From a virus, in IMG/VR virus record IMGVR_UViG_3300027499_000005, positions 11,643 through 75,642 of that record: DNA of 64,000 nucleotides, one strand, 5' to 3'. Both the position numbers and the translations under genes were made by a program. Of the stretch, positions 22,249-30,365 are shown piece by piece; positions within the stretch are counted from its first letter, which is position 1; every line of letters starts with the position of its first letter. The notes under the pieces are model-generated. The model was not told the DNA's origin and ran no database searches. It worked only from the letters and a program-made list of their open reading frames with translations.

Positions 22249-22647
22249 ATGTCAGCAAACTTCCATTACAACTCTGGCGTCTACGCAGTCGGTCAATACC
22301 AAATGAGCGCAAAGCCTTATGCGACAGGTTCGCTCGCTGTTACTTCTGGAACTCCGTTAGAGGTTAGTTTCCCATTTGTCACAAAGTTTGTCACAATCAA
22401 GAACTCCACAACAGGATCTAACTCTACTATGCGCGTTGGATTTTCGGCAAATGGCGTAAACGGAACAAACTATTACACTTTGGAAAACGGCGAAAGTTAC
22501 ACAGCAGACCTTCGCGTTGTCTCTGTATTCTTACGCGGTGATGTTGCGCCTTGTACTGCGACAGTTATTGCGGGACTCACTGGTATTCAGTCTGAACTTC
22601 GTGATACATCTGGGCCTAACTATTCTGGTTCAGTAGGCGTCGGCTGA
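22249..22647 (+). CDS. small putative virion structural protein
   Basis: 132 aa, T/S/G/V-rich; GAGG RBS. Confidence 0.6.
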   Translation: MSANFHYNSGVYAVGQYQMSAKPYATGSLAVTSGTPLEVSFPFVTKFVTIKNSTTGSNSTMRVGFSANGVNGTNYYTLENGESYTADLRVVSVFLRGDVAPCTATVIAGLTGIQSELRDTSGPNYSGSVGVG

Positions 22648-22699
22648 TTATTGATTATCTGTCTTTCAGAACTACTTATAGTGTTATAAAGGGCAGACA

Positions 22700-24172
22700 A
22701 TGAGAATAATCATCGGAGAAAGATGGACTGGAAAATACAAAAAGTCCATTGACTGCAACAATCCAAAAGGCTTTTCGCAAAAGGCTCATTGTGCCGGTCG
22801 CAAGGCTCGTCAGGCTGGTCGTGACACGAAATCCGAACCGGTTGATGAAGAAATAATGCCTGTTAGTTTCGATGATGATCAATACTACTTTCCCGAAGAG
22901 ATAGAAGATGCTCCTCCGGTTCAAGTCTACGATGAAGAACTTGACCGGTGCGCTCGTATTGCAAAAAGAAAATACAAAGTTTGGCCTTCCGCCTATGCTT
23001 CTGGTGCAGCCGTCAAATGTCGTCAAGGCAAGATTTGGAAGGATGTCAAAGAAGAGATCGAAGAAGAGAAGGAATACAAGCCAAGATTTGATCGCGAGGA
23101 GAAGGAAGGTCTTCACGGTTGGTTCGCTCGCAACCGTGGCAAAGGATGGGTCAACTGCCGCACAGGAGGCCCCTGTGGACGCGAGAGCGCCGATGAGGGG
23201 GGCAAGTACCCTGCCTGTCGTCCGACGCTCGCACAATGCAAATCAGCGGGTCGTGGACCTCTTCGCAAAAAGAAAAGCTCCAAGCCTATTTCTTGGACGC
23301 CAAAAAAGGAATCAGTCGAAATGGACATTCATAACTTGATCTTGGAAGAGTTCCGAAATGTAAAGTTGGAGCTTATGTCGGAAGGAACCAGATACCATGT
23401 CGAAACCAAGACATCACTTTACAACCCAATCTATCGTCCCGGTTCTAAGTGCTTTACACGCCTTATGTCAGAAGCTCGTCAACTAAAGAAGCTCGGACAT
23501 TCATTTACAGCCGAGGAAGAAGAACTATTAGAAACTGATTGTGGAAAATATGGAATGTATGAAGGCGAAAGAGTTCCTTTGGATGTTCCAATGATCGAAG
23601 AAGATCAAATCCCTCCAGAGCTTGCCGATCTTGCTAAGAAAGAAAGCGGTATTGCTGCTAGCCAAATCGAAAAAGCAGCTTCTGCATTAGACGCTTTGAT
23701 TGGTGGGGCAAAAACTCAACAACTTCAGCAGTTAGCAACCGCTATCAAGCAACCCACTAGTTCGGACGCCCAACAGCTTAAGATGGGCGGCGATTTCTCT
23801 CAGGTTGATCCAAAACAGTTTTTGAGTTATTACCTAACATCTAGAAAGATAAAGCCAGAAACTTTAGGTCTAAAACCAGAACAACTTACAGAAGCGGAAT
23901 ACAAAGGCAAACAAGTGCCACTTGGCAAACCACAACGCGGTGGATCCAAGAAGTTTTATGTTTATGTAAAAGACGGCGACAGAGTAAAGAAGATTTCCTT
24001 TGGAGATCCAAACCTTTCGGTCAAAGTTGGTGATCCAAAGCGTCGTGCTTCTTTCGTTGCTCGCCATAACTGCAAGGAGAAAAATGATCGTCTTACTGCT
24101 GGTTATTGGGCTTGTCGTATTGGCAGATACCCTCATCTAACAGGTGCAAAGCAAAGGTATACTTGGTGGTAA
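22700..24172 (+). CDS. modular protein with several basic Cys-containing domains and acidic linkers
   Basis: Modules IDCNNPKGFSQKAHC, KVWPSAYASGAAVKC, LHGWF...GWVNC, RRASFVARHNC...AGYWAC. Confidence 0.7.
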   Translation: MRIIIGERWTGKYKKSIDCNNPKGFSQKAHCAGRKARQAGRDTKSEPVDEEIMPVSFDDDQYYFPEEIEDAPPVQVYDEELDRCARIAKRKYKVWPSAYASGAAVKCRQGKIWKDVKEEIEEEKEYKPRFDREEKEGLHGWFARNRGKGWVNCRTGGPCGRESADEGGKYPACRPTLAQCKSAGRGPLRKKKSSKPISWTPKKESVEMDIHNLILEEFRNVKLELMSEGTRYHVETKTSLYNPIYRPGSKCFTRLMSEARQLKKLGHSFTAEEEELLETDCGKYGMYEGERVPLDVPMIEEDQIPPELADLAKKESGIAASQIEKAASALDALIGGAKTQQLQQLATAIKQPTSSDAQQLKMGGDFSQVDPKQFLSYYLTSRKIKPETLGLKPEQLTEAEYKGKQVPLGKPQRGGSKKFYVYVKDGDRVKKISFGDPNLSVKVGDPKRRASFVARHNCKEKNDRLTAGYWACRIGRYPHLTGAKQRYTWW

Positions 24173-24173
24173 G

Positions 24174-24446
24174 ATGAGATTTCCTTTCTCTGAAAAACAA
24201 CTATCCGAGAATAGATACCGTCGCGTCTTTGATGAAGCTATAGATTCTAATGAACTTATCTGGCATCGTGACAGAGAAGACAGGATCGTAAAGATTATCG
24301 AAGGAAAAGGATGGGGCTTGCAACTAGATAATCAAATGCCATTTATGTTGCAAGAAGGAAAAAACTATGTTATTCCAAAAGAACAATGGCATCGCGTCAT
24401 AAAAGGTGACGGAAAACTTATTATAGAAATACAAAAAGTTTTATAA
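24174..24446 (+). CDS. small cupin-like protein
   Basis: WHRDREDRIVKIIEG...YVIPKEQWHRVIKG cupin-like His motifs. Confidence 0.6.
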   Translation: MRFPFSEKQLSENRYRRVFDEAIDSNELIWHRDREDRIVKIIEGKGWGLQLDNQMPFMLQEGKNYVIPKEQWHRVIKGDGKLIIEIQKVL

Positions 24447-24459
24447 AGGATCATTAGTA

Positions 24460-27216
24460 ATGTCTCTTCGTATCAATATTGGCCGACAAAATCTGAAAGA
24501 AGCTAAACAGCTTATTCTTGAGTTCTCTGAAGCTCAGAAAAAAGAGCTTATGGCTATCGAAAATCAGTTTACAGTTTCATATGAAATCGAACTAGAAAGT
24601 CGTGGTAGCATGTTTTCTGGTGACGGTGGAGGTGGAAACGCCGAAGAGGAATACGAGAGGGCCAAAGAATCTGCCCAAGAACAATACAGAGAAGCAAAAG
24701 AAACAGAAAGACTAGAAGATGCATGGTGGCAATACGATGATGCTGTAAATCGTGGATCACATAGCGGCCCTCACGACGCAGCCAAAAACGTTCTTGAGTA
24801 TCTTTGTAATGAAGGAGATCTCGACGGTGTAAGTGCATCTGTTGATTTATCATCAGATACATTTTTGGCAGAAGTATGTATCTTTCTTATTGGGTGTGAA
24901 GTACAATCTGACGTTGCACAAGCGTTTCATAAAGATCTAATAAAACAACTGGACATTCATGGAACTAACTTGCTTTTGCAACTTGCAAGAAAATACGAAG
25001 ATCTCGGTGAGAAACTTCGTGGTCCTGTAAACCTTGCTGCTGGTATAGCTTTGTCTACAGGCAAAATAAAATCACAAATCACCGATCCTCTTGGAATCGA
25101 GACTTACCAGATTGCTGATTATCTTGTTGCTGGCAAGATTCCATCTGACTTGCTAGATCCCGGTACCCAAGCGAACATAATGGCAGAAGGTATGAAAGAG
25201 TTCATCTCCCGTTATTATTTTGATCTTGGAGGATCCTTCGAAATAAACCTAGGTTATGAGGCCGAAGAAGTAAACTTCGCTGAGCCTACCTTCAGGGAAC
25301 TTTGTTCTGCTCTCAATCTTTCGAATAGCTACGAAGCTTTGTTCGAAAGAGGTGCTAGGTATCTGAACAACACTCTAGCTGATGGAAGCGAAACATTATT
25401 GGAAGTTTGTGAAATACTAGGTAGAAATGCTAGGTTTGCAAAGAATAGTCCTACAAAAGTAAATCTTGTGCGATCAATCAACCAGAATGTAGGACTCCCG
25501 CTTTATAGCTCTATTGATGATTTTGTTGATGAAATGATGAACATGTGGGAAAGAGAGAATAGCCTAGAAGATTTTTATGATCGCTACGGGTACCCTGTTG
25601 ATGACTCGGATGAGCAGTATCTCGCAGAGACATACTCTGATACAGTTAGTCGATACCTACCAAGATTTTACAAGAGATTTGGTAAAGAACTGAAGTTCGA
25701 ATCTGATGGTTCTCTTGACACCCAGCGAGGTTTGGAGTTCTCTTGTGAGACTTACCTAGACGGACTTCAGGAAGCAATGGACTTCTTGGATCTTTTCTTC
25801 ACTGACTACGATGATCAAGATTTCTTGTATCTTTCCGAAAAGACAGGTATGCACATCAACATTGGTCATAAGTCTGTTGGTAACGGCGAAGAGGCAGATT
25901 TTAATCTAATCAAAGGATTCTTGTATCTAAGCGAAGATGTTGATGATGCTTCTAAACGCTTGGGTGCAGGGAAAGTTGCAAGAGCTAGAAAGGGACTTCC
26001 AACTTCTAGAATAAACTCTAGATGGGCAGGTGCGATAGCACCAACAACAAAGCTTGGTGAGGTTGCTCAGGAAGCAAAGGCTAGAGTACTTGCAGACTAC
26101 ATTGCAGATGCCAGCCACTTGTCGGGCAAGATGAGTCCGTTCTACAAAAAAGGAAAAGGATTCGATGTTGCCGAGATTGGTAATGACTTCCTTGATTCTC
26201 TAAAGACCGGCGAAATGTCAATGATCGAAAAGCTATTCAGTGATTCTCTTTATGGTAAAGCTGCTGATCTTGGTTCGAAGAGTGTCGGCTTTAACATCAA
26301 CTATTCACGCGGAAAGTTTGGAGATGACGACATCAAATACGTCGAGTTCAGATTCCCCGGTCACCAGATTGATGTAGAAGCAGCCAAAGATTTGACTTTG
26401 TACTATGCTTTCTTGGTTCGACACATGGTTGACAAATCCTACATGAGAGAAGATTACACCAAGAAGTTGGTTGCTCTTCTCAGTAGATCAGCAGAAGCAA
26501 TGTTACCAACAGGCGACCAGCTAAACATGGTTCTCAAGCCTGGAAATCTAATCTTCGTTGACACACGCCGCCCAGCAGAGGGAATAGACGATTTGGTTGA
26601 GATGGTGGATAACATGACAGCATTAAAAGACTACTTGTTGTTCGCAAATGAACCAGATCCAAACATCAAAAATACGAATGTGTTTCAGATTCCTTTAAAA
26701 AAGCTTCGTCTTTCTGCTAGAATAGATCGTACAACAGTCGGACCATTTATTATGGCTTACTGTAAGCTAAAAGGAGAACCTATTTTTGAGTGGAAAGACT
26801 ACGGACTCAGAATGCCTAGTGTATTTAGTCGTGGTGGTTGGAGTTCGACACCAGCTATAATAACTGAAGTTTCTGGCGAAGGAGCTACTGCCAAAGTAAA
26901 GATTGAGTTGTATACGTTATCAACTGACAGCGGAGAAATACCACCAGAATACACAGGTAATGACTATCTCTTATCAACTCCAGACTATTCTCCCGTCAAA
27001 GTTATTCGCTTGACCGGCACCCTGACTGGTGCTGACATTATAAGCTTACTAACTTCGAAGTCTGGGCTGATGTCGAGCATGTATCCAACTAGAAAAGGTA
27101 ATGTGTCTGCTGACCATTTCACGAAAGTTTCTAAGATCGCTAAAGAACTCAAGCAGTTCTTCGATCAAAACAATGGTGAAGTACCATTGACTCCTAATGC
27201 TGGGGATTTACGATGA
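24460..27216 (+). CDS. putative amidoligase (COOH-NH2 ligase type 2) with a large insertion
   Basis: SYEIELE, ESDGSL, GLEF, TGMHINIG and YVEFRFPG motifs in canonical order. Confidence 0.75.
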   Translation: MSLRINIGRQNLKEAKQLILEFSEAQKKELMAIENQFTVSYEIELESRGSMFSGDGGGGNAEEEYERAKESAQEQYREAKETERLEDAWWQYDDAVNRGSHSGPHDAAKNVLEYLCNEGDLDGVSASVDLSSDTFLAEVCIFLIGCEVQSDVAQAFHKDLIKQLDIHGTNLLLQLARKYEDLGEKLRGPVNLAAGIALSTGKIKSQITDPLGIETYQIADYLVAGKIPSDLLDPGTQANIMAEGMKEFISRYYFDLGGSFEINLGYEAEEVNFAEPTFRELCSALNLSNSYEALFERGARYLNNTLADGSETLLEVCEILGRNARFAKNSPTKVNLVRSINQNVGLPLYSSIDDFVDEMMNMWERENSLEDFYDRYGYPVDDSDEQYLAETYSDTVSRYLPRFYKRFGKELKFESDGSLDTQRGLEFSCETYLDGLQEAMDFLDLFFTDYDDQDFLYLSEKTGMHINIGHKSVGNGEEADFNLIKGFLYLSEDVDDASKRLGAGKVARARKGLPTSRINSRWAGAIAPTTKLGEVAQEAKARVLADYIADASHLSGKMSPFYKKGKGFDVAEIGNDFLDSLKTGEMSMIEKLFSDSLYGKAADLGSKSVGFNINYSRGKFGDDDIKYVEFRFPGHQIDVEAAKDLTLYYAFLVRHMVDKSYMREDYTKKLVALLSRSAEAMLPTGDQLNMVLKPGNLIFVDTRRPAEGIDDLVEMVDNMTALKDYLLFANEPDPNIKNTNVFQIPLKKLRLSARIDRTTVGPFIMAYCKLKGEPIFEWKDYGLRMPSVFSRGGWSSTPAIITEVSGEGATAKVKIELYTLSTDSGEIPPEYTGNDYLLSTPDYSPVKVIRLTGTLTGADIISLLTSKSGLMSSMYPTRKGNVSADHFTKVSKIAKELKQFFDQNNGEVPLTPNAGDLR

Positions 27217-27575
27217 TAAACGCTAAGAACTATAAAGAAATCTTGTTATCTTTCCCCGGTGAAGGACAACAGAGAATCGCAGAGAGTACCGAAAAGCTAA
27301 AAGAAGAGATTTATAAGTCTGGCGAAGTTCCAGCAGCCTACTCATCTACTTCTTATAAACACCAGCCCTATGAAGCTCTAGTCACAGCTATGCACGATAT
27401 GGTGGATAACTTTCTAAAACGTGTCAGAGCCGACATGGATAGCAATAATCTAGCTCCAGAAGATGTTGACTTTCTACTTACTGATGTAATAGAAAGGATG
27501 CAGAGCCAAGTAGATTATGCTAGATCTACCATTTCGGCCATATATGCTAAGAAAACCGATGAAGGCACTCCATAA
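27213..27575 (+). CDS. hypothetical protein
   Basis: 120-aa ORF, ATGA overlap. Confidence 0.7.
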   Translation: MINAKNYKEILLSFPGEGQQRIAESTEKLKEEIYKSGEVPAAYSSTSYKHQPYEALVTAMHDMVDNFLKRVRADMDSNNLAPEDVDFLLTDVIERMQSQVDYARSTISAIYAKKTDEGTP

Positions 27576-27588
27576 AACATTCGGAAAA

Positions 27589-27792
27589 ATGAAGGATTTC
27601 CAGATCGGAGATCTAGTGTGGTGGACTGACCTCAAGAAAATAAAGAAAAGAACGGTTGGAATCATCCACGAAATCAAAAAAGAGCTAAAAGGCGGTCGAG
27701 AAGTCTTGATCGCTAAGGTCTATTGCGTCGAAACTCAAGAATACAAGCAGATTCTTCTCGCAATACTACATAAAGTAGAAGACGAAAACTAG
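27589..27792 (+). CDS. orphan SH3/KOW-like GDL-family protein
   Basis: MKDFQIGDLVWW...VGIIHEI. Confidence 0.7.
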   Translation: MKDFQIGDLVWWTDLKKIKKRTVGIIHEIKKELKGGREVLIAKVYCVETQEYKQILLAILHKVEDEN

Positions 27793-27820
27793 TTATACAG
27801 GTATTTTGGAGATTTTTCGA

Positions 27821-28519
27821 ATGGGTTTTAAGATTTACAACTATTCTCCGAACAAGTTCAGAGGCATGATCAAGCTTTTGAGAATGTTTTTGCCTTTTGC
27901 AAAGGAAGAACTTGGATTCGATAAGGATCCTGTCATAAAACTGCTTGATCGCGAGCTAGATAAGGCAGAAATCCTCGGAAAAACAGCTTTTTACGACCCA
28001 GAAAAGATGATTATTTCGGTTTATACGCACGGAAGGCACCCAAAAGACATTATGAGATCGATTGCACATGAACTAGTGCATCATTTGCAAGCTTGTCGTG
28101 GTGATTTAGGGAATGGTGAAGAAACCGATCCCGGTTATGCACTCAAAAATGATCATTTAGCCGAAATGGAACGTGAAGCATATGAACAAGGCAATATGTG
28201 TTTCAGGAAATGGGAGGATTTGTACAAACAAGATCCAGAATCCATGAAGTCTTACTTAACAAAAGTAGATTTCGAACAACAAGAACTACAGGAGAAGCCT
28301 ATGAAACCATTAAATGAATGGAAAAACGAAGAAATCTTCGGAATGCTTATGGAACGCTTTGTTCCAGAAGGTAAAAAGTACTCTTCTAAGGAAGAACTTG
28401 CTTCTATGATGCCACCAAAAGATAAAGTCACCCAAGCTGACGTATTAAAGGCCCGTGGAGCTATCGAAGAAGAGCAAGAAGATGAAGAACTTCTTGAGAT
28501 TGTAGACGAAGAAGAGTGA
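27821..28519 (+). CDS. HExxH zincin-like metallopeptidase with an acidic C-terminal module
   Basis: RSIAHELVHHLQ...EREAYE; GGAG RBS for ATG 27821. Confidence 0.75.
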   Translation: MGFKIYNYSPNKFRGMIKLLRMFLPFAKEELGFDKDPVIKLLDRELDKAEILGKTAFYDPEKMIISVYTHGRHPKDIMRSIAHELVHHLQACRGDLGNGEETDPGYALKNDHLAEMEREAYEQGNMCFRKWEDLYKQDPESMKSYLTKVDFEQQELQEKPMKPLNEWKNEEIFGMLMERFVPEGKKYSSKEELASMMPPKDKVTQADVLKARGAIEEEQEDEELLEIVDEEE

Positions 28520-28528
28520 TAATCTAAT

Positions 28529-30127
28529 ATGGCTATTTCAGTACCTCCGTTTTACAGACTAACGATATTAAGTTCATCTGATAACTTTTCGAATACAAAT
28601 ACTAGTATTTTTGCTTCGGGTTCATATGCTACTAATGGATTCGGTACTGATGCTTTGTCATCATCTTTCACTTTTAATGCTAGCCAAGGTGCTTTTACGG
28701 CATCACAAGGTGGCTACTACCACGTTATCCTCAACACGATTATGGGACCGGGTGGAGGCGTTTCGGATTCTGACAGAACTATAAGATTCTATAAGAATGA
28801 ATCTACGCAAGTGTATGGAGCAACCATAGCATATGACTATGGTGATTATCCCACCGGTATTGAGAGAACATTTAATGCCGTTGTCAGTATGTCTGCTGGT
28901 GATGGGCTAAAGTTTAGTTCACAAGCCGGTACTACTGCTGCTAACAACTACCTGTCCGGTACGACTGTTATAATCAAGAAGATTGAATCTGATTTTGCTT
29001 GGGCCTCTCGATTAACAAACTCTACCGCAATCACTGGAGATGAAACAGGCTATCTTGTAGGAACTGTCGGAACGTCATTCGAAACGGCTTCTAGTGGCGT
29101 ATCTATCACAACTGGTAGTAATGGATTTTTTACAGTTAGTAGCACGGGCAGCTACTACATGTTCTATACAAATACTATTGATGATGCTACAACCGGCGCT
29201 CAATGGATGACAGAATCAGTGAATGTGGATTTCGGTGGCGGATTCATGACAGTAGCTCAGAGAATCCTCTCTTTGCCTGCTGCTACTTCTGTTGACGAGA
29301 GAACGTTCACGTTTTTTGCCAATCTTGATGGTAATGATGTTCCAGTTCCAGCAAAGATTCAAATCAAAACTGATACGAACGGTGCTTCTGGTTATACTTC
29401 TCGTGTCGGTAACAGTTTTGCAGTTATTAAAACGCCACAGCAAGCTCAGTTTCAGTTAGTTTGTAACGATGTTAGTTCAAGTCTAATATCAACTTCTTCT
29501 ACTCCAACTAACATATTGTCGTCGAACTTTATGTCGGGTTCCGTTGATAACGCTACACCGGGATCTTCTTCAATACCTCTCGGTATGACCTTTTCCACTT
29601 CAAGCGGCATCATTACGGTTGCTAGTGGCGGTTTTTATCACTTAACTTATGTACCAAAGTTTAGTAACAATGGCACAACGGACGCAACTGTCCTGTTTAC
29701 TATTCGCAAAAACAGTACAAACTGTACTGATGGTACTTTGCTACATTCTGTCACTACGACTGTTGGTAACTCCACAGATCCAATCGATTATGTACTCACG
29801 ACTATCGTAAGTGCTTCTGCAAACGATACGCTCTCTATCTGTGCGCGGGATACTTCTGGAACTGCCAAGGTTTTTGCAGAGACACCTAGCTACTTTAATA
29901 TCTATAGGATTGATTCCTATGTTCCAGACCCTATTCCAACGGGCGCTTATATCTATACACAAAGTTTAGGTAGCACACCCTACGGTGCTAACTACAATAT
30001 TAATACATACTCAAAGTCTAACCAATACGATAGAAACGCCGAGCAGGTACCTTTCTTTTTGGGAACTCCCGGTGTTCTAAGTTTGAGAGGAAGGTCAACA
30101 ACCGGTTCGGTAACCTCGACCGGCTGA
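28529..30127 (+). CDS. virion fibre/appendage protein with three C1q/TNF-like jelly-roll repeats
   Basis: FTASQGGYYHVIL, FTVSSTGSYYMFY and ITVASGGFYHLTY repeats; S/T/G-rich. Confidence 0.6.
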   Translation: MAISVPPFYRLTILSSSDNFSNTNTSIFASGSYATNGFGTDALSSSFTFNASQGAFTASQGGYYHVILNTIMGPGGGVSDSDRTIRFYKNESTQVYGATIAYDYGDYPTGIERTFNAVVSMSAGDGLKFSSQAGTTAANNYLSGTTVIIKKIESDFAWASRLTNSTAITGDETGYLVGTVGTSFETASSGVSITTGSNGFFTVSSTGSYYMFYTNTIDDATTGAQWMTESVNVDFGGGFMTVAQRILSLPAATSVDERTFTFFANLDGNDVPVPAKIQIKTDTNGASGYTSRVGNSFAVIKTPQQAQFQLVCNDVSSSLISTSSTPTNILSSNFMSGSVDNATPGSSSIPLGMTFSTSSGIITVASGGFYHLTYVPKFSNNGTTDATVLFTIRKNSTNCTDGTLLHSVTTTVGNSTDPIDYVLTTIVSASANDTLSICARDTSGTAKVFAETPSYFNIYRIDSYVPDPIPTGAYIYTQSLGSTPYGANYNINTYSKSNQYDRNAEQVPFFLGTPGVLSLRGRSTTGSVTSTG

Positions 30128-30129
30128 CC

Positions 30130-30138
30130 ACTATTTAT
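30130..30138 (+). promoter_or_regulatory. putative late promoter ACTATTTAT
   Basis: 15 nt before ATG 30154. Confidence 0.7.
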
Positions 30139-30153
30139 CTAAAGGAGTTTATT

Positions 30154-30357
30154 ATGGGACGAAAGAAGAGAAGGATGTTTTTGGCTGGACTAGCTGCCAG
30201 AAGCGAAGAAGTGGTAGCACCAGTTGCTGCTCCTACTCCAGAGGTTGTTGTAGAACAACCAGTTGTAGCAGCAGAACCAGTTCCTGTTGTCGAAGTAGAA
30301 GAACCAGTTGCTGCTAAACCAGTAGCTAAAGTAACCAAAGCTGTCAAAGCTAAGTGA
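30154..30357 (+). CDS. small low-complexity (E/V/A/P) protein with a basic N-terminus
   Basis: MGRKKRRMF...VVAPVAAPTPEVVVEQPVV; AAGGAG RBS. Confidence 0.7.
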   Translation: MGRKKRRMFLAGLAARSEEVVAPVAAPTPEVVVEQPVVAAEPVPVVEVEEPVAAKPVAKVTKAVKAK

Positions 30358-30365
30358 GGATTCAC

